Source of the DNA: Bigelowiella natans CCMP2755
Lineage: Eukaryota > Protista > Cercozoa
Assembly: GCA_000320545.1 (NCBI GenBank)
Contig: ADNK01001788.1
Location: forward strand, 1 to 45,798
Length of the DNA stretch: 45,798 bases
Reading direction: 5' to 3'
Under the pieces are notes generated by a model, which was given only the letters and a program-made list of their open reading frames with translations, did not search any database and was not told the DNA's origin. The position numbers were made by a program, and so were the translations under genes. Within the stretch, counting starts at the first letter, position 1, and the number at the start of each line of letters is the position of its first letter. Shown here piece by piece: positions 1 to 12,362 of this stretch.

Positions 1-57
1 AGATGTGGCTGCTTGCGTACGAGCTCCACCAGCTCGGGATTTTCCCTGATATTACAT

Positions 58-95
<38 letters not shown>

Positions 96-132
96 ACAAA
101 CACACACACGCAGACGTCCACACAACAAAGAT

Positions 133-171
<39 letters not shown>

Positions 172-2804
172 GAGGGGGGGGGGGGGGAGGGAAATCATCA
201 GAGCATGACAATACACATGCGCGGATGCATGATGCGCTCTTATTCTCCTCCACCGAAAGGAACATAATCGATTCGTTGCACATTGTTTGCTAGGATAACA
301 ACATCTCCGGTAGGTCGTTTTCCTGCTGCTGCTGTGGCAGCATCAGTTACATATGAGCTATTACGGGAACACTACTAATCCTACTTGATCCACTCCAGAA
401 GTTTTCTCGGGTCTTCAGCACCAGGACGGTCCATTATCTGTAGCAGCAGCAGCAGCAGCCACAATGAGGATTAGTACCCAACGAAAACACATGATGCACA
501 AGCATGAGCACAAACGCAAAGGCAAACGAACAGAATTGTATCTTCCACATTGTTACGCCGTTGATTTTTCCCCTTCTATCGTGCACTCTCATCGCCGGAA
601 TCCGACAGAGCATTGCTCCCATAGCGTATTATTATTATTATAGCAGCACCGACAGCTGCTACCTACCTCCCGTAGCTGTTGGTCGAGTCGAATGGTATTA
701 AACAGACGTGTCAACCTCCGCTCTTTTTCTTGTCCCTTTGAAAAGAAGGAAACAACATAGGTTATACTGTTATCATTACTACTACTACTGCTATTAACAC
801 TTTGGTGGCTATTTTTGTAAACAAGTGGGGCAGGGGGGGACGACCCGCTCCTCTGACAGCGGTGGTGGGATACCTGATCATCAATAAGTGGGAAAAGAAG
901 AAGGAGGAGGAGGAGGAGGAGGAGGAGGAGGAGAAAGAGAGTGGTGTGAGAATAATGTGGGTATGAAGGCAGGGGCAAGCAACACTGTTTTTTCTTTTTT
1001 TGTATTCAAAATTTCGAAGAAAAACGTGCCCGTAACATCTATGAATATTGGCATTCGATAGACAGGGCTGTACAGCGGTCGGTTTCCTTGTATATATGCA
1101 TATATGTATAGTGGGTGTGTCAGAAAGTGAAGTGATGAATGAAACAACGATACTTTTCAGTATGGCCGGGTCATTCCAAGCTCGGACTCTGTGCCGTTCT
1201 TCTGGCGTCAGCAACCGCTAGATGATGATGAATTGTGATGATGAATGATGATGATGATGATGATGATGCAAGAAACGGCGTAAGTTATTTGCCAATACGC
1301 ACCATACGTGCTTCGCTTGTAATGATGTTATTCATTGGTATGTATTCTTGAGATGTACAATTGTCTCTATCCCCATCACCACTAACACTCAAAGGAGAAG
1401 CTGCAGGTACGCACCTGATCAACTTGAGTCCCGTTCATCACACGTATCGTCACCTACAAACGGTGTTATTTGCCTTTAGTTCAGGTTAACTGCTATATTC
1501 ACGTTGAGTGGCTTTGTTTCTACAGAGCGAATTTGTCCTTATACTTGTCCTTATACTTGTTGTTGTTGCTGTTGTTGTACCCAGCTTTGATTTTATCATT
1601 GTTAGCAATAACCATCATCATTACCTCATTCTTGGTGAGGCTCAGCAGCGACGGTCCACGCACTGAAGCAAGCTTGGTCGTCGTAGTAGCACTCCCAGAT
1701 CTGCAGCACGAGGCGGCGTGAGAAACGAAGGGAAGGGAGAGGGGGGGAATATGCGCGAGGCGGCAGGGCAGATGCAAAGACAGAAAAGACAGTCAGGAAG
1801 TGCCCCTCCACACAAACCAGTACTAAACAGAAAATGAATAAAAAAGTATTAGAGTATCTGGAATTTATATGGTGCTTTTCGGGGAAGATCGGATTATATC
1901 AATCCCCTGAGAAAAGGGACAGAGAAAGGGAGGAGGATGGGAAGGAGGATCCTGACGTCATGGCCATCATTCCTGTCGAGGTCTTTGCCTGTGAAGAACT
2001 TTGATAGCTACTGACACTAGTGCCAGCACTCTCGGGAAGGGTGGGAAATCGTAACATTGGGTCAGGAGGCCCTTTCGTCGTCGTGTTATAGGCGGTAAAG
2101 ATTGCATCGCTCGTAATGAACGGCGAGTCTTTGTCTGGCCGTATGCGACGCTTCGTCTTCAGGTCTTTCGAAAGCTTTGAGCCAAAGGGGGGGGGGGGGG
2201 GGGGCGAGAAGAAAGGTGATTTAGTAGGAAGGGGTAGCCAGGACAAAGTGTGTGTGCGAGCGGCGTTCAGCGACATCAACAGCATCTGATCGGCCACACT
2301 GACCTTCTCTATTAGGTTTTGATTCTCCCGGAGGCGGAGAGCTACGGCATCATTATCAGCTCGCTTAATCCTAAGATCGCTGGGAAATGTCATGTAAGGA
2401 GATGGTTACCAACGCTCTTTATTAAGTATTGTTATTCGTTTTTATTATGATAGAAGACGAAGATGATGAAGAAGAAGAAGAAAAAAAGAAGAAGTAAAAG
2501 AAGCTTCTTCATATAGGTATTATGACCGGACAACAAAGAACACGGCTTGCAAAATGATATCAAGTCCAATACACATCAGTCCAATTTTGTCTTGTGACGG
2601 ATGGTGCCACGAGATTTTGGGAAAAATATCAGCGTTCTTTTATACGCTGTTGAATTCCAACTGCTTTCTACTTACCCATTTGATAACAAACGCGTTCTCA
2701 TATTTCCCCACTCACAGCAGGGGAATGAGAATCCATCATCATCGCTGCACCATGTCGTTACCATCATCACCAGCACCATCATCATCATCATCACACTACA
2801 CACT

Positions 2805-2853
<49 letters not shown>

Positions 2854-3033
2854 CATGGGATTATTTTTTGATCATACGCACAATTCTGTAGTGAGGATGC
2901 CCTTTTCAGTGCCGAAAAACTCTGGAAAATCGCCAATCGAAAACGATTTGTTATGAACCGAATTGTATCGCCTCTCTGCTTCATCAGCTCGCAAAAGACG
3001 CTGCTGCTGTAGGTTCTCTTTCGCCCGTCGCAT
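1..3033 (-). CDS. Multi-exon gene of unknown function, running off the left edge; may be the 3' part of the gene at 3126-4474
   Basis: Chain of AG/GT-bounded open segments on the minus strand between microsatellite introns: MRRAKENLQQQRLLRADEAERRYN (~2880-3033), IKRADNDAVALRLRENQNLIEK, LSKDLKTKRRIRPDKDSP, SGSATTTTKLASVRGPSLLSLTKNE, VTIRVMNGTQVDQ, RLLTPEERHRVRAWNDPAILK, IMDRPGAEDPRKLLEWIK, ENPELVEL. No family recognised and not all junctions resolved. Confidence 0.55.
58..190. repeat. Compound intronic microsatellite (CA)n/(GA)n/poly-G, representative of many at 1-3.7 kb and 24.6-45.8 kb
   Basis: Directly visible simple repeats. Confidence 0.95.
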
Positions 3034-3125
3034 CTGCGAACGTACACACACACACGCGCCCACACACACACTTAGAGGTGGAAGGGAGGAGGAAGTGGAA
3101 TTTATAAAAGTTGTTTGGAACGATT

Positions 3126-3605
3126 TCAATTATTAGCAAGTTGAATCATTGCTGCCTTGTCTGCCGTGTCAAGAATAGCAGGGTTGTTCTTCTCATCATC
3201 TTCAATCTCCGAAGAAGATACATGCCCTGATTTGGTGGGACGCAAAATACTTTCTCATCAACAAGGAGAACGAGCAGCTATTACAACAATATGAACAGGG
3301 CAAGTTGCGCGGAAGCAAATTCTTCTTTCAACCTTCTTCGTAGAAGCGCTTTCGGAGATGATAGTCAATCCGTTCGGTGCCATTCTTATTTTTCATGTTG
3401 AAGGGTATGCCAAGGAACACACCAACGTCCTCACCATCCTTATCTGGATTCAAAATTCTTTTCCGAATCTTCTCCTTCCTAGAAATATATGAAATGATGC
3501 AGCTTAACCAAAATCCCAGGGGCCAAATCTTTATTACATTCAGGGAAATTGTCTTCATGACAGCATAACATATATTATATGTAAATACAATTTTTGCACA
3601 CACAA

Positions 3606-3686
<81 letters not shown>

Positions 3687-4474
3687 AATATATTTAACAT
3701 ATAGACATATTCATCATGTGAAACATACTCAAGTGTTTGTCTCCTTAATTCAGCATCCTCGTCGTTCACAACTCCATGCCCACTTTTTGGATGATTAGCG
3801 TCCCCCGAAGATGGGATATTGTCTACATCCTCATCGGATGCATGTATTCCTCCCAAACCTTCATCTGCAGGCTCCCATTTTGCTCCCTGTGGCGTGAAAT
3901 GGCGTGCTGGCGGTGGTTTCGGCTTTGGCCTCGAGAGCTCTAACATCCTCTTCTTCTTCTCTAGATATCGTTCCACAGCCTAAGCAGCCAGTTTTTACAT
4001 AAAAAATCGTTTTTCCAGTATCAAATCTCGCTCCAAACATTTTCAAATAAGCGATATTTTCAACGAAATGGTCCGACAAGATCAACAGGGAATCAAAATC
4101 TATAAACCAGGCGTTGCAAGATATCGATGTTCGAAGTTGGGCAGTGTAGAGAGAACATGGTGAACGTACGTCTGGGGTGTGAATGAAAGGTTTCAACTTG
4201 ATCACATCTGCTTCCGAGACTTTCTGAGGATACTGGCTTTCTAGAAAAATTGGCAGTTTGGGGATGACACTGGAACCCCTCCCAAGCACAGAGTTCGACC
4301 CTACGACATACTAATTGAATTATGTCTCGGAACGAACTTAGCGTTCTATACGCTAGACTAACCTTTAATTTCGCTATTACAAGGCGATAAAGTCAGACGG
4401 AAAAGGGTCTGGATAAAAATAAGCGAAGCAATTACGCTCCTGAGGCGTTGAGGCGAGCAAGCCCCATCCCTCAT
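3126..4474 (-). CDS. Uncharacterised protein with hydrophobic N-terminal segment (5 exons, possibly continuing into 1-3033)
   Basis: Five exons splice in frame at GT-AG sites: MRDGACSPQRLRSVIASLIFIQTLFRLTLSP / WSNSVLGRG..KPFIHTPD / AVERYLEKKKRMLELSRP..RRQTLE / KEKIRKRILNP..RFYEE / GHVSSSEIEDDEKNN..LANN*. Intron phases agree at all four junctions. Confidence 0.6.
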
Positions 4475-5375
4475 AGCATCTACTGCTTTCGCGGGAAGGA
4501 TTTTCGTCTGCCTGAACCTCTATTATTTTATCTGCGACATTTCCATTCCATTGATTTCGAAGAATATACACTATATTCATCCAAAACCATTGCCTAAATC
4601 CGGCATTGCCAGAAGGAATTGATTTTATTTGGGCAACTTTGCGCGACTGGTATAAGTCAAGAAATTAATTACAAAGTTGGGACCTAGGTGAATTCGATAT
4701 CCTTTTTCGCCATTTTCGGTGAATTCAGCTGTTAAATGCCCTACGCAACATCTAATGGACGACGCAAGGACGCAGTCAAGATTCTTGATTACAGAGCATT
4801 CTAAGACATCCAGAGAGCTACAAAAATAGGAATTATTTCAAAAATTAACTTTTATTTTCTAAATACGACAACATTATTATTAATAAAATTCAATATTTTT
4901 TAGCATAGCAACTCCTGGGCCATTCAGTCCCATAGATTACGCAACTACGGCGATAAACAGGCTATCTTGTTCTACTTTTCACAGTTTAGTTGTCTTTTAG
5001 TATAAAATCATGGCCTTTATCCCAGTTATGAAGGGGAAAATTCATGAGATATGTATCAACTTGATCAGTCTCAAGTTATATCTCAACAAACCTTCCTTGC
5101 TTTAAAATCCAATTTCAGGTGCTCCTAAAGAAGGCAACCCCTGAGCCTATTCTGAAGCACGGAAGCCTTTTAGAGAAATCAATAAGTTTGACTTTTTCCT
5201 GTAAAGGCAAAGGGAGATTTAGGGACTGGATAAATAGTGGAGCACCCAGTGCAAAATTTACATGAGTCTAGTTAAGGGGGATGGGAATTTGATCTTGGAG
5301 ATTGTGCTGATGGGACATATTTGAATCTTGGATTTGATGTATTTGCCAGTCTTCTGAACTTCACTCGCCAGCGTC

Positions 5376-6278
5376 ATGCCTCACCCACTCTCAGAACTCG
5401 AGGATCAGCCTAACGAATGGCAGACCAGTAAGCCTTAAAATTTTGTCTTCTTCATGGAGGCATGGATTTCATGTTTATTATGCCCTAGTGATGTCCTCAC
5501 ATATCCATATGGTAACTTTCAGGTATGCTGAAAGCTCCCTGCGCTGATCCAGCATACTGCTGCTTTGCATGTTTCTGCGCACCTTGCGTCGTCTACATGC
5601 AAAGGTAATATTTCTTCTGAGTATACTCCAATAGTTTAATCAATTACAGTGCAATTAAATAACAAATACATTAACTACATTAGGGACGAAATCCTTGGAG
5701 AGGAAGGAAAATACAAGTGCTGTCTTGGTATTTTCCCATGTTGCCAGATGGATCTTCCAAAGATTCCATGCTTGTGCTGCGAGATCTGCTGCTGCATTGG
5801 TCTTGCTGCATCCGCAAACCGGATCTTCGTTATGCAACGCCTGTAAGTCTTAAAAAACGTTAAAAAAAGAATGTGAAACGGTGTATTCTAGGCTTGTGGG
5901 CTTGTGGGCTTCTGAACTTGTACACACACTACTTCATCTGACATCATTGATGACCAAGTTTTCATTACCGTCAATTAGGCAAATCAAGCCTGATCCATGC
6001 GATCAGTACATCATCTGCTGCTCCAACATCATGCAATGTCTTGCAATCTTTGCACGATGCTTCTGCGACGACCAAACGGCAAATTGCATCGAGAACATTG
6101 CCGATCTAATCTTCTGCATTGTCCTCGCCTGCATGAATACCCAGGTACGTAAATTACTCCGAACTCAATAACGAAGCCGATTGAATGGTGCTTTTCTGTT
6201 CTTGTACAGACGAACTATGAAGTGAAGAACAATCCAACTACCGGTGGCACTTGGCCACAGGTTCATCAGATGAAGTAA
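5376..6278 (+). CDS. PLAC8-family cysteine-rich protein (5 exons)
   Basis: Spliced product MPHPLSELEDQPNEWQT-SMLKAPCADPAYCCFACFCAPCVVYMQR-DEILG..CLCCEICCCIGLAASANR..-QIKPDPCDQYII..CIVLACMNTQ-TNYEVK..QMK*. The W..L..C....CC..CFC.PC motif and C-terminal CMxxQ are typical of PLAC8. Introns are canonical and in phase. Confidence 0.85.
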
Positions 6279-7203
6279 AGTTTTGCAAGATCGTTTTGAG
6301 CTTCTGAACTACCAGCTTGGGAACAGTGATATTTTTCCTCGAGTTTAATTACTTCTGTGGCAGGATACATTTTTGTTCGAATGGCGATTCCCTCTAAATG
6401 TGTTTGATCTCCAACAATATCGGTCGTACTTTTGGAATCGACGTTAAATTGTACTACTTAATGCACTGGCATAAATATAAAAATAAAAAAACAGCTGGTA
6501 CAATTTTTAAAAACTGGCTCATGATGAATAATGATTGTGCGCAGAAATATTTATCGTGCAACAACATGCACGCATGCAATGATCGTAGCAGCAGACGCTA
6601 GTATGTGTGCATGACTTCGTTGTCATTGCATTGCGCTGGATTGTGATTGGTCCAATGCTAGCATGCATGATCTAGTGATACTCAGCACTAGAGAGCAAAC
6701 TAGCAAAGCTGATGAAGCCAGATCCCGATCGATCTAGCGATCGCTAGATCGGTCGGTCACTAAATCTAGCTAGCTAGATCTAGAGATGTTGATCATGCTA
6801 GCATGCTAGCGCATGGCTTGCTAGATGGCTGCAATCCAACAAGCTAGCTACGTCTAGTCACTCTGCTGGAGCTAGCTAGCTAGCTAGCTAGCTAGGCTAG
6901 CTAGCTGCGCTGCTAAACGTGCATGTGCGTGCTAGCGTGCACGCGTCGTGCTCGCAACCACAGCCAAGTGCACATGGAAGTGCTAGAGTGTGCCGCGATG
7001 TGACTTGCATGCGCATGGAGTGATGGTGCAGGCAGGCTGGCTAGCAGGGTCCGATCTGTAGCTGCCATCGCACACATTGCTAGATTGCATCATTGCATCA
7101 CTTGCATGCATGTTGCACAACATTGCTAGATCGCATTGCGCGAGCTAGCGAGGCGGCACGCACACAACAACCATGCACAACACACGATCTGTGCATCCAA
7201 GCA

Positions 7204-7288
7204 TGAGATAGACGGATGCAATGAAATGATGTTCAATTTTTTTCATGCAATGGTCATCCCAATGTAGCTGTGCAAAGCAGTGGCTACA
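7204..7288 (+). repeat. Dispersed ~100-bp repeat, copy 1
   Basis: TGAGATAGACGGATGCAATGAAAT..TTTCATGCAATGGTCATCCCAATGTAGCTGTGCAAAGCAGTGGCTACA aligns with copies at 12257, 16767, 29582 and 41099. Confidence 0.85.
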
Positions 7289-7871
7289 CGTGCAGATGCA
7301 TGCACATGCACATGCACATGCACACACACACGTGTAATAGCAACAAGCTGCACATGTTGCTTATGAAGCATGAAAACGCAACCAGATCGTGAGCACAGCT
7401 AGTTAGCAATTGCTCCGATCGCTTCAAGCAATGGCTTCTGCCCAGCCCACTTTCATCATCGTTCCGGCTGATTCATTTTGCTGCGATGTTGAAGCAAGCT
7501 AGCTCTCATTCTCATTTCGAAAGGCAAAAGCATTCCGGTTTCTGCAGCCATTTTACAAACTTTTGCCTTTCAGTTCTGTACAAAACAACGCTTTTCCTAA
7601 AGTTATGTGTTTAATGCGAAACAGCTGTCATAGCCATGAAAGATGAATGTGCTATTAGTATGGCCACAAACACGTATCGATGCAATTTCATCGAGACGAG
7701 GATCGTTGGAAGAAAACAAGGAAGCTCAACCCATGAAACGCTGCAGCCCACTCCGATCGTGTTGGTAGGCGACGGTGGCCAAGAACTAGAAAGGTTTCGG
7801 GAATGTTGTAGAAGAGGTAGGCAGCCAAGATATGAACAGTCGTATCATCCTTATTCGCGAGTTCCTCCATT

Positions 7872-9445
7872 CTAATCCCGACTCCCTACTCTCTGATAGT
7901 CGCGTAGGTCCTTTACTACTTTGTTAATGTCCCCGTTGTGCAGCTTTAGGAGTATTTTCTTGAACACAAGGTCCTTCTTGCTAGACCAGCCCATCTCAGC
8001 CAGAGTCTTCAGTTGTCTCTCGTAGCGCCCATCGATGTTTCCCACATCACCTATAGACCTCTGCAAATCTACAAATCCAGTGCTAGCTACCATTCGTCCC
8101 TCAGAAACTTCCTCCTCATCTGAGTGAGGTTGGATCACCCGCGCAACAGTAGCACTGGACTCGGATAGGCTAGAGGGGGAGGATGATGATGGTACAACCA
8201 CTACATCGCCTTTAGACGAGGATGATAATGTCCTCTTTTTCTCATCAGTTCTCTCCATGGTGTGATGCGCAACTACAACTCGAGGTGCACTACTGCCGGT
8301 GGCGCTGGTGAACCCGACTAGCTTGACGTTTTCTGTGCTTAACGTTAGCACGGAATTCGATTGCTGCACCTTCGGGTGATGCTCTTCTCTTGGAAGAGCT
8401 GTTGCAGCTGATTTTGGCGAAGTAGCAGTGGGTGCATGAGGAATTTGTTCAGCGGTGGAGCTGATAGACGCATTGAAAGTATCCTTTGCATTTTCGGCAC
8501 TGGGAGATTGATGTGGCTGTTGTTGTCTACTGTGCTTTCGATCAGTTTTCCCTAAGACTAATCTGGTGGGGGAGAACTTACGCTTCAGATCCCTCAGCTC
8601 CTCCACTGTTCTCTTGAGGTTCTCCGCCACCTCAAGCAGGTTTTGACAGGTTTGTGCTGCAGTTTGAACTTTCTGTATCGAAGCGTCTTCTAAATCTAAT
8701 ATCGCTCTTTTTATTGCGTCCATGTTGAGGTCTAGCTTTGTGTCGAGTTGGTTGAGACCTTTGTCTAGTTCATTTCGAATTCCGACTCTTGAGTAACCTA
8801 AGCTGAGGCTGCTACGATACAGTTCCGTGTCATCGGTCTGAAATGAATCGTCACGATCAAATCCAGATTGAAGCCCTGTATCCCCTTGCGTTGATAAGTG
8901 GCGGAGATTGTTGTCGACACAGGATGGTGGGCACGGATCAGCAGACAAGCAGGGAGAATACTTTTCATCTGGTTCTTGCTCCCTCAGAAGTCCGTTGTGA
9001 ACGGATGCAGCTTGGCTTGTTGCCTCGTCGAACGAAGATGGTTGGTTTACAACAGGACGAACAAGCGGGTCTATTGGGTGAGATTGTTTCTTCTGTTCTA
9101 TGTTACTAATAGAGTTTGCCCGCCTCCTAATAAGAAGTCGAATAGTGGGAAGTTTTGTACTGTTCACTTGGCCAGGTTGACCAGAATACTGACAACTCTT
9201 TTTAACATCAAGATCCGAACGAATGGGAACCATGCCTCCCTTAACCTATAAACCATAGATTCATCAGCAAAATGGCATTCGATGGATGAAAGAACTCAGA
9301 CCTTATGGAAAATTTCGTACTCCCCTCCCAATCCACAAGCGACTTCTATTTGATGACGGAGATCGCTGTATGTAATGGGGGATTTCATCTTGAATCGTCT
9401 GACATGGCCGTTGCCAAGCACAATCTTTATGATGCGATCCGTCAT
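7872..9445 (-). CDS. PB1- and UBA-domain protein (p62/SQSTM1-NBR1-like architecture)
   Basis: The exon at ~9302-9445 (MTDRIIKIVLGNGHVRRFKMKSPITYSDLRHQIEVACGLGGEYEIFHK) splices to VKGGMVPIRSDLDV..PTIRLLIRR, giving a PB1-like fold. A central coiled coil follows, and the C-terminus YERQLKTLAEMGW..LLKLHNGDINKVVKDL is UBA-like. The true start may be further upstream. Confidence 0.7.
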
Positions 9446-9864
9446 GGAAGCTGGGGGGGGATGGGAAAGAAGAAGGCCAGCTTGTTCTTAAGATTTATGT
9501 GGTGTACAGACGTAACGAAGCTAAAGTAAATGCAATAGATTTGATACAGTCGTCAGGGATACTTTATTGACGTTATGGAAATAATCCATCTTATCCTGTG
9601 TTCCGTTGCCTTCCACTTGAAGTTGATGATACATGTACTCGGAAGTTGGCTCGGGAGAATATCCGGAGGTATGACAGTAGTAAGACACAAGCTTTGCAAA
9701 GTTGAACAATAATTATCCCGATATTTTCCACAGATACAAACCTTAGCCGTATCTCACGCTGCGACAATAATTATCTGGTAATTCTAATAGTATTTTGCGA
9801 ACACAAATCCTCTGTAAGAAGAGTCAGCCTGTCCTCGCCCCTACAAGCGAGCTCTCGTACTGGA

Positions 9865-12030
9865 ATGTCCCGATCTGCGTCCGTCACGCCCGCAGGCACT
9901 CGGACTCGGGCGCGTGTGAGATCTACACCAAGTTCCCAATCTACAAAGACTTCGAGGTATCGCATAATCAATTGATAGCTAGCCCATGTATGTCTGAAGG
10001 CAAACACGATTCAAACTCTTACAACTTTTCATTCGTTTGTAGGACTCGGCAACGCATCTCCAGATGGGAGATAGCCAGACTTGCTCTTAAACCCAGGATC
10101 AGGGAGCTCATAAAAGTGGGCAATATCAAGGTGTGCCATTTCCATATCTTCATGGATTCGTCCGTCACCCTCGTATAATTACATAGGTTTTCATCGAGGA
10201 TGTAAAGCAGACGCGTGATCGTTGGGGCAAAACATACATGCAGTACGTTGTCACGATAGGATGCGGAAATCTTCAGTGGAAAGTATACAAACGCTATTCG
10301 GAATTTGTGTCTCTGCGCTCTCAATGCAATCGATTCCTGCTAAAAGAAAAGCTCCCGAAACTGCCAAGCAAAAAATTGTCGTTCTTTATGAATGAGGAGG
10401 CAGTACAAAGCCGCCGACGGGGACTAGAGATTTTCCTCCATAGCAGTATTCGCATCCCTAGCGTGAAAAGCGCGCGCAATCCAACACTACTTGCATTCCT
10501 TGGTTTCTTTGCTAGTAGGGAGGAGGCAAAGGTCGATATTGAAGATATCGAAGCGTGGAATTCAAGCTATGTTTCCAAGATCCCACCTTGGCTCTATGTA
10601 CTTAAAGCGATGATGCCATCACAGGGAAATAGAGTTCCTATAGGTCTGCTCCGTGTTAATGTCATAAGTGGCAAGAATCTCCCAAGAATGGACATCATAG
10701 GAAGCTCAGATCCGTAATGCAGCCTTAACACAACAGTTTTGATGGGGGTGTTGGTCCTTCCTTTCTTTACGCATCCTTAATATTTTTTCAGTGAAGTAAT
10801 TGATTTGTGCCCATTCTTCTTTCATAAAGGTACGTCGTACTGAAACTGGGGACTAGGGTGGTCCAGGAGGTCAGGACGAAGCATATCCTCAACACCCTCA
10901 ACCCGTGCTGGGAAGAGCAATTCGTATTCGAAGTGATCAATGCCACTAGCACACTCCGCGTGGAGGTATGGGATCATGACCTTGTCGGCGAAGACGATAT
11001 GATTGGTTTCTTCGATATCGCACTGAAGTATCTGACGCACGAGGAGACCATGACCGGTGACTTTTACCTGAAGCCAGCCGAGAAGGAAGGAGATGGTGAT
11101 GGCGACGAAAAGGAAAATTCGATGGATTCCAAAGGCAAAAAGAAGAAGCTAAACAATGTGTGGGAGTCGAAGAGCCCTCCACGAGTAAAACTTCAGCTTC
11201 GGTACAGCTTCTCGCGGCTGGGTGAGATGGCCTCTCACTGGAACCCAGAGCCCGCTCCTCCAGTGCCTGACCCAAAATTCGAAATCGACCTTCTGTACAA
11301 GAACCTGAAGATCCTCCTCATAAACATCGGACCAATCATCAACTTTTTCTATGCTATTTACATGGTGCTCCTTTGGGACGACCCGTACTACAGTGCCTGG
11401 ATCACCTTCTGCTTCGTGGTGACTTGCTTTCACCCCTGGGCACTCGCAGTATTCATCCAGGGCTGGCTTATTTACTACACCTTGACGAAATATGTTGCAT
11501 ACGCCTGGAAGCATGCTCACACTAACGAGATCGAGGCTAAACTCCCCGAATCTCGAATTTCCTCCGCAGCCTTATCAGAACCCCCTCCCGAAGAGTATAA
11601 GCTTGGAATGATTGGCAACACGCTCACACTCGCAATAAAAAGTGCCGGATATACGGAAGACATGACTTGGTATCAAACTAAGTTAGGGACGGCAAACTGG
11701 GCGCTTGAATCCATCTATGCTCTGTTCGATTGGAGCAGCCCTTCGGTGACGAAGTCGATTCTAGTGGTGTTGGTCGGCACATTTTGCTACTCGCTGGTGT
11801 TTCCTGTCCACTACCTTACATTGACGATAGGTTTGTATCTGCTCTTTATGTGGACTACGCCATTCATGGCGATAATGTGGATCCTCGGGGGGTTTGGTCG
11901 GTATATGGGACGCGAGAAAGTCACCTCGACGAAGGCAAAGCAGATGTGGAAAAATGTGTTGGTAGGAGCTCGTGCCAGGGCCATTAGGCGACTTCAATCA
12001 CCACGAGCTGACTCGAAGAAGAAGGATTGA
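9865..12030 (+). CDS. PX domain + C2 domain + multi-pass membrane protein (MCTP-like C-terminus), 4 exons
   Basis: PX motifs: YVVTI..WKVYKRYSEFVSLR, LPKLPSKK, RRRGLEIFL. C2 motifs: LRVNVISGKNLPRMDIIGSSDP|YVVLKLG..TLNPCWEEQFVF..LRVEVWDHDLVGEDDMIG. Two W-D-led hydrophobic hairpin regions (LLWDDP, FDWSSP). Splice phases consistent. Confidence 0.85.
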
Positions 12031-12256
12031 TGGCAACAAAGATTCACACTCGGCATCATGATGTTACATCAATATTGCAGCTTGATCTCGTCTCCTAGAT
12101 GCCATATCGTTGCAAGTGCGTGTACATTAGACACTGCGCCACCGCTGTGTGTATGTAAAACATAGATTATGCTATTTGTGTCGCCATACGATCAACAATA
12201 ACAATGAACAACTCATTAAGCGATGCGTGCGTCGAAGTTTAGATTGTTCTTAAATG

Positions 12257-12362
12257 TGTGAGACGGATGTAATGAATTAATTAAATATTTTCAATGGTCA
12301 TCCTGATATAGCTATATATGCAAAACAGCGGCTACGGCGCTAACATTGTGCCTGTTTGTTTC
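12257..12362 (+). repeat. Dispersed ~100-bp repeat, copy 2
   Basis: TGTGAGACGGATGTAATGAATT..TTTTCAATGGTCATCCTGATATAGCT..CAGCGGCTACGGCGCTAACATTGTGCCTGTTTGTTTC. Confidence 0.9.

Noticed and set aside
3980-3998. 19-nt GT-AG intron resembling nucleomorph tiny introns
   Set aside because: A donor further upstream (GAC|gtacgt, ~4168) gives an in-phase model with normal-sized introns that fits two more exons.
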